DNA of 64,000 nucleotides, from the NCBI GenBank assembly GCA_045649825.1, contig JAZRQO010000021.1, positions 6,388 to 70,387 on the forward strand. Reading direction: 5' to 3'. Of this stretch, positions 1 to 9,271 are shown piece after piece. A program made the position numbers and the translations under genes. This DNA comes from Clostridia bacterium (GTDB lineage Bacteria > Bacillota > Clostridia > UBA1381). The notes beneath the pieces were generated by a model that worked only from the letters and a program-made list of their open reading frames with translations, did no database searches and was not told where the DNA came from. Every line of letters begins with the position of its first letter. Position 1 is the stretch's first letter.

Positions 1-1163
1 TCGATAAACTTACGAGGCTCAATAATTCCCGGGTTTACAACAACAGGCAAACCTTCTGTGTAGCCTATTACTTCAACCATTTTTTTGAGTACGGGGTTTT
101 TCATTTCTTCTGAAATAAGCTCGTATCCCAAAAGGCATCCGAACACTGCAAGAGCAGTATGAAGAGGATTAAGGCAGGTGCAAACCTTCATTTTTTCTAC
201 CTTATCAACAGTTTCTTTATCAGTAAAAATCACACCGCCTTTTTCAAGAGGAGGACGTCCGTTGGGAAAGCTGTCTTCTATTACAAGGTATTCACATTCC
301 TCGGCATTTACAAAAGGTGCAATATATGTGTTCTTCTCTGTTATAAAAGGAGTCTGGTCCTCAACTCCGTCAGCCTCCAGAATTTCAAGCACTGCATTAT
401 CCGGACGAGGTGTTATTTTATCGATCATAGTCCATGGGAATGAAACCTTTGATTTGTCACTTATATAGTCAACAAATCCCTTATCCGCCTTACCTCCCGC
501 CGCCCATGCCTCAGCAAAAGCAGAAACGGCAGTATAGAGCTTATCACCGTTATGAGAACAGTTGTCCATACTAACCATTGCCACGGGATATTTTCCTGCA
601 AGGTAACGCTGATATAACAGAGCGGTAACTTTGCCTATATAACTCTGTGGCTTTTCGGGACCGTTTTCCACATCGGATGAAACTGCGGGGTAAAGCTCAC
701 CGGCAGGATTTGAAATACTATATCCTTTTTCTGTTATTGTAAAGGATGCAAGCTGAAGCGATGGGGATGTGAAAATTTCTTTAAGGCGGTTAAAATGAGG
801 TACATTGTCTGTATCAAGTACAAGTGCCTCCATAACACTTCCGATTACCTTTTTTTCTACATTGCCGTCTGCTTTAAGAGTTACAAGTATATTATAATTA
901 TCATACGCTTCGCACACCTTATCGACTATTTCACAGTCGTAGCCTTCAACTGCGGTTATACCTCTGTCCATAACACCTTCGTTAAGAAGAATATCTGCAA
1001 CATTGCACTGAAATGCACGGAAAATATTTCCTATACCAAAATGAACCCACACAGGATTTTCCTTTGTTGCGGAAATTGCCTTAGTCCTGTCAAAAGTGGG
1101 CAGTGCATATCCTGCACTTATCCACTGATCTTTATTTTTAAGTCCTGCTTCGGATAACTTCAT
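1..1163 (-). CDS. uxuB: Mannitol-dehydrogenase-family oxidoreductase, probably fructuronate reductase. The 3' end is cut by the window edge.
   Basis: This ORF is not in the ORF track. My own translation of the minus strand from the ATG at 1163-1161 gives MKLSEAGLKNKDQWISAGYALPTFDRTKAISATKENPVWVHFGIGNIFRAF..., which carries the Rossmann motif typical of long-chain mannitol-DH family enzymes. The frame stays open to position 1. An AAAGGA RBS lies upstream, and the start is 17 nt downstream of the uxuA stop. Confidence 0.7.
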   Translation of the reverse strand, partial: MKLSEAGLKNKDQWISAGYALPTFDRTKAISATKENPVWVHFGIGNIFRAFQCNVADILLNEGVMDRGITAVEGYDCEIVDKVCEAYDNYNILVTLKADGNVEKKVIGSVMEALVLDTDNVPHFNRLKEIFTSPSLQLASFTITEKGYSISNPAGELYPAVSSDVENGPEKPQSYIGKVTALLYQRYLAGKYPVAMVSMDNCSHNGDKLYTAVSAFAEAWAAGGKADKGFVDYISDKSKVSFPWTMIDKITPRPDNAVLEILEADGVEDQTPFITEKNTYIAPFVNAEECEYLVIEDSFPNGRPPLEKGGVIFTDKETVDKVEKMKVCTCLNPLHTALAVFGCLLGYELISEEMKNPVLKKMVEVIGYTEGLPVVVNPGIIEPRKFI

Positions 1164-1179
1164 TATATATGTTCCTTTC

Positions 1180-2241
1180 TCACTTTGAGCTTTTTTCTAT
1201 CGCTTCCCACAATCCATTGAGGTATGTGGCACCGAGAGCTCTGTCGTAAAGTCCGTATCCAGGCATTGCAACTTCGTCCCATATCATTCTGCCGTGGTCG
1301 GGACGGATGGGGCCTTCAAAGCCTATATCGTAAAGTGCTTTCATTATTTCGTACATATCAAATGTGCCGTCTGATGAAAGGTGTGCCGCCTCTTCAAAAT
1401 CGGTGGGAGAATTGAATTTAAGATTACGAACATGAGCGAAATGAATTCTTCCCTTAAGCGAGCAAATCATTTCAGGTAAATCATTTTCAAGATTTGTTCC
1501 GTATGAACCTGAACAGAATGTTACGCCGTTATGGGGATCATCCACCATTTTTATCATACGGTGGATGTTTTCTTTATTTATAATAATCCTGGGAAGTCCG
1601 AAAACACTCCACGCCGGGTCGTCGGGATGGATTGCCATTTTTATGTCGTACTTATTGCACACAGGCATAATTCTTTCGAGGAAATATTTAAGGTTTTCAA
1701 AAAGCTTTTCATCATCTATATCCTTGTACATTTCAAAAAGCTCTTTTACCTTTTCCATACGCTCAGGCTCCCAGCCCGGCATTACGGTACCGTTCATGTC
1801 TGATTCAATTGACGCAAACATTTTTTCCGGGTCCATTGCATCAACTGTTGCCTGATTATATGCAAGAACAGTGGAGCCATCCTCGCGTTTTCTTGCAAGC
1901 TCAGTTCTTGTCCAGTCAAAAACAGGCATAAAGTTATAGCAAACGAGATGAATATCCTCTTTGCCCAGGTTTTCCAGGGACTCAATATAGTTATCTATAT
2001 ACATATCGCGGTCAGGCATACCCACCTTGATTGCATCGTGAACATTCACGCTTTCTATACCGCTTATGTGAAGTCCTGCATCCGCAACCTCTTTTTTGAG
2101 TGCGGCAATTGCCTCACGCGTCCATACTTCGCCGGGAGTTGTATCGTAAAGAGTTGTGATTACTCCTTTAACTCCGGGAATTTGTCTTATCTGCTCTAAT
2201 GTTACGGTATCGAATTTTGAACCGTACCAACGTAATGTCAT
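1180..2241 (-). CDS. uxuA: Mannonate dehydratase
   Basis: The MTLRWYG... N-terminus and overall length are typical of UxuA. I chose the internal ATG at 2241 (MTLRWYG) over the GTG at 2256. Confidence 0.85.
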   Translation of the reverse strand: MTLRWYGSKFDTVTLEQIRQIPGVKGVITTLYDTTPGEVWTREAIAALKKEVADAGLHISGIESVNVHDAIKVGMPDRDMYIDNYIESLENLGKEDIHLVCYNFMPVFDWTRTELARKREDGSTVLAYNQATVDAMDPEKMFASIESDMNGTVMPGWEPERMEKVKELFEMYKDIDDEKLFENLKYFLERIMPVCNKYDIKMAIHPDDPAWSVFGLPRIIINKENIHRMIKMVDDPHNGVTFCSGSYGTNLENDLPEMICSLKGRIHFAHVRNLKFNSPTDFEEAAHLSSDGTFDMYEIMKALYDIGFEGPIRPDHGRMIWDEVAMPGYGLYDRALGATYLNGLWEAIEKSSK

Positions 2242-2438
2242 TTCCAAAATTATCACCCTTTATCAGTATTTTAAACATATTATATGCTATTTTGAAAAAA
2301 ATATCTATTATGAATGTTGTCTATTAACTTTTGAAAAATTGATTATTTGAAAAAATGTTCTGATTTTTGTATTTATTAGGTTAAGTATGTATAAACTAAG
2401 GTCAAAACAATACAATAACAGGCAGATTGGAGAATAAT

Positions 2439-4262
2439 ATGAAAAAATCAATGTTATATCCCGAAATAACCGCTACAAGACGTTTTTACGATATGTGCGG
2501 CATGTGGAACTTTAAATTCGACCCCAATGGCAAAGGTGAAGAAATGGGTTGGCACAAGAGCCTTGGAAAATGCGATAAAATGGTGGTCCCCTCAAGCTTT
2601 AATGATTATTTCACAGACAAGGCTGAAAGAGAATATACAGGTGATTTCTGGTATGAAACAAAAATAGTAATCCCCTCAGAGCTTAAGGATAAGGATGTGT
2701 TCCTCAGATTTGACGGGGTAACTCACAGAGCAATTGTATTTGTAAACGGCACAAGAGTAGGCGAACACGAGGGCGGATTTATGCCCTTCACCGTGGAAAT
2801 AAATGATGTTGCACGATGGAACGAAGAAAATACTGTGACGGTAAAGGTTAACAATGAGCTTAGTCGACAGTCATTGCCTGCAGGTGAAACAAGAACACTA
2901 TCAAACGGGAAGAAAATCTGCAAGCCCTACTTTGACTTTTTCAATTACTCGGGAATTATACGACCGGTACGCCTTGTTGCCGTTCCAAGGGAAGCAATAA
3001 CAGATTTTTCTGTTGTTCACACTATTTCAGGGAGCGATTCCGTAACATCATATATTGTTGATACTACAGGTGACAGTGATGTGGAAATAAATGTGTACAA
3101 CGAAGAACGGGAGCTTGTGGCACACACAACAGGGAAAGCGGGAGAAATTCGAATTAAGGATGTTCGACTATGGAATGTCCGTGACGCTTATCTTTACACC
3201 TTTGAAATTAAAATCAAAAATGGTGACACCGTAATTGACGAATACTATGAACAGATAGGAATCAGGACTGTTAAGATTGAAGGCAGCCAAATACTGATAA
3301 ACAACAAACCCGTTTACCTTAAAGGCTTCGGAAAGCACGAGGACTCATCCCTTTACGGAAGAGGATATAATCCTGCGGCAATCAAGAGAGATTTTGAACT
3401 TATGAAATGGTGCGGTGCAAATTCCTTCAGAACTGCACACTATCCATACAGCGAAGAAATAATGAAATTAGCAGACCGTGAGGGATTTCTGGTAATTGAT
3501 GAGGTTGCGGCAGTTGGTTTTTTTGAAAGCCTTATGAACTTTATGGACGCTTCAACCAAGGCCTCTACCGGATTTTTTACTCACGAGGATGTGCATACAA
3601 AAACCATGCAGGTACACAAGGATGCAATAAAAGAGCTTATTCAAAGAGATAAAAACCGTGCCTCGGTTATTGCCTGGAGCCTTATGAACGAGCCTGAAAC
3701 CACAAACGATGCTGCAGTTCCGTACTTTAAAGAAATATTTGATTATGCAGGAACACTGGACCCTCAAAAACGTCCTAAAACCTTTGCTCTTATTGCCCTG
3801 TCACTTCCCGACACCTGCACTTGCTACAATGTCGCTGATTTTCTTTGCCTTAACCGTTATTACGGATGGTATATGCAAGGGGGCTTTGAGATTGAAGATG
3901 CAAGAAAAGCATTTGTTTCTGAAATGGATAAATGGCAGGCTAAGAAGCTTGACAAGCCTTTCATTTTTTCAGAGTTCGGCGCAGACACACTAAGCGGTAT
4001 GCATAAGCTTCCAAGCGTTATGTGGAGTGAAGAATATCAACAGGAATATCTTAAAATGCAGTTCGAGGTTTTTGACAGCTACGACTTTGTTAAAGGCGAA
4101 CAAATCTGGAACTTTGCAGACTTTCAGACAACTGAGGGCATTATGCGTGCCGACGGTAACAAAAAAGGAATTTTTACACGTGACCGTCAGCCAAAGCTTG
4201 CCGCCTATTATATAAAAGATCGATGGCTGGAGCTTCCCCTGAACTTTAAAGAAAGGAAATGA
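2439..4262 (+). CDS. uidA: GH2 beta-glucuronidase
   Basis: The sequence is collinear with E. coli GUS as I remember it: LMNEPET, FSEFGADT and GNKKGIFTRDRQPK (the N-x-K glucuronide-recognition motif). GGAG lies 6 nt before the ATG at 2439, so the TTG at 2427 is less likely. Confidence 0.9.
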   Translation: MKKSMLYPEITATRRFYDMCGMWNFKFDPNGKGEEMGWHKSLGKCDKMVVPSSFNDYFTDKAEREYTGDFWYETKIVIPSELKDKDVFLRFDGVTHRAIVFVNGTRVGEHEGGFMPFTVEINDVARWNEENTVTVKVNNELSRQSLPAGETRTLSNGKKICKPYFDFFNYSGIIRPVRLVAVPREAITDFSVVHTISGSDSVTSYIVDTTGDSDVEINVYNEERELVAHTTGKAGEIRIKDVRLWNVRDAYLYTFEIKIKNGDTVIDEYYEQIGIRTVKIEGSQILINNKPVYLKGFGKHEDSSLYGRGYNPAAIKRDFELMKWCGANSFRTAHYPYSEEIMKLADREGFLVIDEVAAVGFFESLMNFMDASTKASTGFFTHEDVHTKTMQVHKDAIKELIQRDKNRASVIAWSLMNEPETTNDAAVPYFKEIFDYAGTLDPQKRPKTFALIALSLPDTCTCYNVADFLCLNRYYGWYMQGGFEIEDARKAFVSEMDKWQAKKLDKPFIFSEFGADTLSGMHKLPSVMWSEEYQQEYLKMQFEVFDSYDFVKGEQIWNFADFQTTEGIMRADGNKKGIFTRDRQPKLAAYYIKDRWLELPLNFKERK

Positions 4263-4266
4263 AGAA

Positions 4267-5664
4267 ATGGAAAATAATTTCGGACTCCGCGACAAACTGG
4301 GTTATATGCTGGGAGACCTTGCAAATGATTTTTTCTTCATCTTTGCAAGCTCTTTTCTAATGGTTTTTTATACCAACGTTTTGGGCATTGCACCGGGGGT
4401 TGTGGGAACTCTGTTTGTTACGGCTAGAGTTATTGATGCTTTTACAGACATTGCTATGGGACGAATTGTGGATATCACACCCGCCCGTAAAAACGGAAAA
4501 TTCAAACCATGGATAAAGGTAATGTCAATCCCCGTGTGTATTGCAGGATTTCTTCTGTTTGTACCGCAAGTTGCCTCCCTACCTATGCCATACAGGATTG
4601 CATATATATTTATAACTTATATTCTATGGGGCAGTATATTCTACACTTCAATCAACATCCCCTACGGGTCAATGGCATCTGCAATAACAGGCGACCCCGG
4701 TGAGCGAGGTCAGCTCTCCACATTCAGAAGTGTTGGTGCGGCTTTGGCAGGAGCCACAATAAGTGTTACCGTACCCCTTATAGTTTACAAATATGATGCT
4801 GCAGGAAATCAAATTATACTTCCCTATAGATTTCAGTTTATTGCTATATCCTTTGCAATCCTTGCATTTATCTGTTACAGACTATGCTACAGTCTGTGCC
4901 ATGAACGTATTGTTATTGAAAACAAGCAACGGGAAAAAACCAGTATACGAAGCACATTAGGAAGCGTTTTTTCGTCAAGGAGCCTTTTGTGCATTATAGC
5001 AGCAGCTGTGATACTTCTACTATCTATGCTCCTCGCCCAGTCCCTTAACATATATTTGTTTATGGACTATTTCAAAAACAACACCGCTATGTCTGTGGCA
5101 GGTTTTCTGAACACTGCCGCAACACTTATACTTGCCCCGTTTACGAAAACAATTATAAAAAATGTAGGCAAAAAGGAAGCTTCTTCAATCGCTCTTCTTT
5201 TTGCTTCGGCAGTTTACTTCTTTGTTCATTTTTCGAGAATAACAAGCCCCTGGATTTTCTGCATATTTGTAGCTCTCGGCAATCTGGGAACAGGAACATT
5301 CAACCTTATGATCTGGGCGTTTATAACTGATATAATTGACAACCGCGAAGTACAAACCGGAACACGTGATGACGGAACAATATATGCATTTTATTCTTTC
5401 GCCCGTAAAATCGGACAGGCTTTAGCAGGTGGACTTGGCGCTTGGGCGCTTGAAATTGTGGGCTATAAAACAGCAGTAGCCGGAGAAACAGTAGTGCAGG
5501 CAACAGAGGTGGTTGAAAAAATATACTCCGTTGCAACCTTAACGCCTGCAATATGCTACCTTGCAGTGGGACTTATACTCACTTTCGGATATCCGCTAAC
5601 AAAGAAAAAAGTGCAAGAGAACTCAAAGATACTTGCAAGTAAGAGAAACAAAAAAATCCTCTGA
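4267..5664 (+). CDS. Glycoside-pentoside-hexuronide (GPH) family transporter, probable glucuronide permease
   Basis: Polytopic membrane protein of 465 aa with a GPH/MFS-like N-terminus (LGYMLGDLANDFFF...). It starts immediately downstream of uidA. Confidence 0.75.
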   Translation: MENNFGLRDKLGYMLGDLANDFFFIFASSFLMVFYTNVLGIAPGVVGTLFVTARVIDAFTDIAMGRIVDITPARKNGKFKPWIKVMSIPVCIAGFLLFVPQVASLPMPYRIAYIFITYILWGSIFYTSINIPYGSMASAITGDPGERGQLSTFRSVGAALAGATISVTVPLIVYKYDAAGNQIILPYRFQFIAISFAILAFICYRLCYSLCHERIVIENKQREKTSIRSTLGSVFSSRSLLCIIAAAVILLLSMLLAQSLNIYLFMDYFKNNTAMSVAGFLNTAATLILAPFTKTIIKNVGKKEASSIALLFASAVYFFVHFSRITSPWIFCIFVALGNLGTGTFNLMIWAFITDIIDNREVQTGTRDDGTIYAFYSFARKIGQALAGGLGAWALEIVGYKTAVAGETVVQATEVVEKIYSVATLTPAICYLAVGLILTFGYPLTKKKVQENSKILASKRNKKIL

Positions 5665-5678
5665 CGAGGATTTTTTTG
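5650..5678. terminator. Bidirectional intrinsic terminator between convergent genes
   Basis: A-run, then stem ATCCTC (5656-5661), loop TGAC, stem GAGGAT (5666-5671), then T-run. Confidence 0.7.
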
Positions 5679-5682
5679 TTTC

Positions 5683-7695
5683 TTATTCAGGGAAGCCTTC
5701 CGGCACTAGCTGCGTCCATATATTGGGGGCGCCAAGGTTTGGTGTTTTGTCCCAACCTATATATTTTCCGTAAAACTCATTACTTCTGTTTTCTTCATCA
5801 AACAAATCGTTATACTGAAGATTCTCGTATCGGTTTATCCACTCTGCTTCTATACCTGTTGCTTCGCTGTATTTTGCAAATCCGTTTTTTGAAATTGAAT
5901 AATAACCCATAGCATTCATAGCAGGAATAACTCTTTCAAGTGATGATAAAAAGCTATGGTATGACGGCATTTCAATGCCTGCAACTTCAAGCAATCTGCT
6001 TGATAGGAAGTTTAGACTTGTACACTCCACCGTATCCTCAGGTATGTCATAATTTGCCCATATGAAGAATGGAACCTTATATTTCAACATCTGTTGGTCG
6101 AGTGTTTCAAAGGGGCCGCCGTGAAGCTCGTCATAAAACTCAGTTTCTATTTTCGGGAAATGGTCGCCAAAGAACAAAACGATAGTATCTTCGGGATAGT
6201 TCTCAAGCTCCGTAAGGAGATACTCCACTGCCGAGTCCGTTTCCTTTATAACAGAAAAATACTGTTCGGCTTTTGGGTATTCACGGCTGTAACCTTCAAG
6301 CTCTACGGTTTGAATATAGTTTTCACCTTCATAGGTGTATCCGCCGTGGTTTTGCATTGTTACGCCAAAGAGAAACATGGGTTTGTCCTTTTCTTTGGTT
6401 TGGAACTTATTCATTACATACTCAAACATTTCGCGGTCGCTTACATATTTACGAAGCATGTTAAAGCCGGGATAGCTATCTATAAAAGTACTTTCGGAAA
6501 ATCCCATTTTAGGATACAGTGTATCCCTTGACCATCCGTCTGCATAGTAAGGGTGAGTTGCTATGCTTTTATATCCGTAATAATTAAGAAGCCATGCGAG
6601 AGTATATATTTCCCCGCCTATATGCTGCTGATAGGGCACTGAGTTTTCGGGGAGAAACGCCATGGAATGACCTGTCAGCACTTCAAATTCAGAGTTGGCA
6701 GTATTAGCTCCGTATACTGAGGCCAGAGCATAGCCTCTTATTGTGTTCTCACGAAGTGAATCCATAAAGGGGGTTATGGGAATATTTGAGGTTATTTCTT
6801 TATTTCCGATTACACGGAAATCTGCAAAGGATTCATCCATAATAATTATAATATTGGGAAGGTCCTCAGATTTTATATTCACAGGCTCGTATTCGTTTTC
6901 ATAAACCTGTATGGTATGGGGTCCGTAATTGTCAGGCTCATTGATAAACGAATCTCTCACGCCCATAAAAAAGTTAAGGAAGTAGCCGTTCTTTTCAGTA
7001 CCCTGAGTTTCCCACATTTTTATAGGTACATTTATTGTTCCTACCCAGATTATCATAAAATATACGATAGCCAAAGTAAGTGATGTAAGACGCGCTCTCT
7101 TATTCGGGAGCTTTGGAAGCTTTGGAATAAACGTATGCGCAAAAGCCGCAATGCCCCACAAAAGCCATGAAAATACCATTCCCGATGTTAAATTAAGTTC
7201 ATACTGGCCTGCAACATTAAAAGCCGTGCCGATGGATGCAAAATCCATTGGTCCGAGTTCTTTACCACGGAACTGATATATAAATCCGTTTGCCATACAC
7301 AAGAATGCAAGAGCAAAGGTTGTTACCACATTTGAAAGCTTCCATCTTGCAGTAAAGGCAAAAACAACATTTACAAGCATATACACGCAAAGAAGATTGA
7401 GAAAGGTTTTATACGGACCTACCTGATGGAGATTTCCCGAACAAAGCATACTAACAGTAATGCAAAATGTTATGGACACCAAAGCTATGCTCCACACATA
7501 GTTAAGCATAAAGCGTGCAATTCTCGGGAGTTTTTTTAGCTTAAAACAACCAACTCCCACAAACAGAATAGCAAATATAATTCCTGTATACCAGTTAATC
7601 CGCCACCAGCCTGCAACTAATGCAACTGCCGCAAGTATAATACCGATTATTCTGTTTTTCTCATCAAATGTAAGCAAAGATTTCAGTTTGTTCAT
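5683..7695 (-). CDS. LTA synthase (LtaS) / sulfatase-family membrane protein
   Basis: The N-terminal part has multiple predicted TM segments. The C-terminal part is an extracellular sulfatase-type domain (IIIIMDESFADF, FFGDHFP). Confidence 0.75.
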   Translation of the reverse strand: MNKLKSLLTFDEKNRIIGIILAAVALVAGWWRINWYTGIIFAILFVGVGCFKLKKLPRIARFMLNYVWSIALVSITFCITVSMLCSGNLHQVGPYKTFLNLLCVYMLVNVVFAFTARWKLSNVVTTFALAFLCMANGFIYQFRGKELGPMDFASIGTAFNVAGQYELNLTSGMVFSWLLWGIAAFAHTFIPKLPKLPNKRARLTSLTLAIVYFMIIWVGTINVPIKMWETQGTEKNGYFLNFFMGVRDSFINEPDNYGPHTIQVYENEYEPVNIKSEDLPNIIIIMDESFADFRVIGNKEITSNIPITPFMDSLRENTIRGYALASVYGANTANSEFEVLTGHSMAFLPENSVPYQQHIGGEIYTLAWLLNYYGYKSIATHPYYADGWSRDTLYPKMGFSESTFIDSYPGFNMLRKYVSDREMFEYVMNKFQTKEKDKPMFLFGVTMQNHGGYTYEGENYIQTVELEGYSREYPKAEQYFSVIKETDSAVEYLLTELENYPEDTIVLFFGDHFPKIETEFYDELHGGPFETLDQQMLKYKVPFFIWANYDIPEDTVECTSLNFLSSRLLEVAGIEMPSYHSFLSSLERVIPAMNAMGYYSISKNGFAKYSEATGIEAEWINRYENLQYNDLFDEENRSNEFYGKYIGWDKTPNLGAPNIWTQLVPEGFPE

Positions 7696-7770
7696 CTATA
7701 TTAATCCTTTCGGTGGTATTTCAAAAGTATGTTATGTAAAAAAGCAAAATTTCATCCAAATAAGACGGCT

Positions 7771-8838
7771 TCAGAATTCACCGCTTACAATTTTGTCTAC
7801 AAATTCCTCTATTCGCTTTTCACGGGGCGGAATGCGTGCATCTATCCAATGCTGACGTGATAAATAATATAAAAATGCCGGTCTCAGTTCTTCGCCGTCC
7901 ATACGGAGAGGATGGTATCGTATTCCTCGATAAAGCTCCTTAAATGCCAAATCCACCTCGTTTAAAACGTGCTCCGACTGCATACTGTTATGACTTATTA
8001 TTACTATGAAATGACTGCACCTTTCAATGGCCTTTACTATGGAAGTGGCGTAGTCATTTTCATTCACATTTCTGGGAGCATACCAGACCCTTTTACCCGA
8101 TGCTTCAAGCTTTGCACAGATACTGTCAGCAATGCTTTTATCTGTTGTTGTATAGCTTATAAAAACCAAATCGGCAGAATCATTAGGATGCCCACTATAC
8201 GATAGTTTCTCTTTATGTAACGTATATGAATTTTCAAGTGCCATTGCTATTTTAAATGCATTGCTCTGATTATAGTCAACAAAATTAAACCTTTTTATAT
8301 TTTCATTGGTTTTTAAAAATTCGATACATTCATTGATTATGGGTATAATCGTAATCTCAGGTGAAATTCCCTGACATCCCGCACCTATAAGAGGCATTAC
8401 TACCGACTCGACCTTTATTCCGCTTAAAGAAATCAAACCAAGAAATTTAAAGTAAGCCTTTATCAATGCCAGAATTTCTTTTTCACGATTGCAAGGTTCT
8501 GTATCACACTCATGGCTCATTTCAACACAGGCAATATGCCCCACAGGCAGTGGAGAACTCTTTATTTCTTGCGAAAGCCATAGGTTGCACGTATCTCTCA
8601 AATCAATTTTCGGAACATCTGCCAGAGCTTCTACGTCTATCCCCACAAGGTCAAGTGCTTCGAACATAGTACCGGGAGTGGGTGCATATCCGCCCACAAA
8701 GGCTGAAACAGTAAGAATATCCGTCTGTTCGGGGAAATCCAAAATATTGCAGGAATAAACAGATATTGTTTTCTCACCGTATTTTGTTTGTATATTTACC
8801 GAATGCATAGGATTCACTCTATCACCGCCTCTCCTCAT
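7771..8838 (-). CDS. Macro-like domain / TIR domain fusion protein
   Basis: The C-terminus (approx nt 7834-8172) reads DLVFISYTTTDKSIADSICAKLEASGKRVWYAPRNV...FIVIISHNSMQSEHVLNEVDLAF...HWIDA, a typical bacterial TIR_2 pattern with a candidate catalytic Glu (NE). The N-terminus (approx nt 8224-8772) has macro-like motifs: NILDF..TDILTVSAFVGGY.PTPGTMFEAL and VVMPLIGAGCQGISPE. The start is ambiguous among 8889, 8838 and 8808. I chose 8838, which lies 20 nt after the upstream gene's stop. Confidence 0.75.
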   Translation of the reverse strand: MRRGGDRVNPMHSVNIQTKYGEKTISVYSCNILDFPEQTDILTVSAFVGGYAPTPGTMFEALDLVGIDVEALADVPKIDLRDTCNLWLSQEIKSSPLPVGHIACVEMSHECDTEPCNREKEILALIKAYFKFLGLISLSGIKVESVVMPLIGAGCQGISPEITIIPIINECIEFLKTNENIKRFNFVDYNQSNAFKIAMALENSYTLHKEKLSYSGHPNDSADLVFISYTTTDKSIADSICAKLEASGKRVWYAPRNVNENDYATSIVKAIERCSHFIVIISHNSMQSEHVLNEVDLAFKELYRGIRYHPLRMDGEELRPAFLYYLSRQHWIDARIPPREKRIEEFVDKIVSGEF

Positions 8839-8857
8839 AAGCGTATCTATTGCCCTT

Positions 8858-9235
8858 CTATTCGCCGAGCACAGCTTTAACAAAATCAATTACAATATTT
8901 GCACTGTATACAACTCCCCTTGCTTTACACTCTTCTATTCGGGATGAATGTACCAGTGAGTTTCTTAAACTTCGTATTATATTTATTTCATGACTTATGT
9001 CTGAAGGCAAAGGGGAGTCAGGACCTGCACAAAAGCTCATCACCTTTTGAGGCATCTGACCTGATTTGTAAACTGTACCTCTTATGACTTTATATCCTTT
9101 GTTTATAAGAAACAGTTCCAAAGCTTTTTCGCAAATCATATATACATCTAAAAATGCATTCAGACCCGATTCATCAATACACTGAAGCTTTGACGATAAT
9201 CCCTTTATTGCATCTGCAGCTTCCATATCCTTCAC
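8858..9235 (-). CDS. Small HEPN-superfamily protein (Rx4H motif)
   Basis: The 125-aa protein looks all-helical by composition. It contains IIRSLRNSLVHSS (R91-x4-H96, nt 8948-8965) near the C-terminal helix, as in HEPN/DUF4145-type domains. An AGGAG RBS precedes the ATG. Confidence 0.6.
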   Translation of the reverse strand: MKDMEAADAIKGLSSKLQCIDESGLNAFLDVYMICEKALELFLINKGYKVIRGTVYKSGQMPQKVMSFCAGPDSPLPSDISHEINIIRSLRNSLVHSSRIEECKARGVVYSANIVIDFVKAVLGE

Positions 9236-9271
9236 TCCTATTACAAAGTAAGTAATTTTACAGATATCAAA

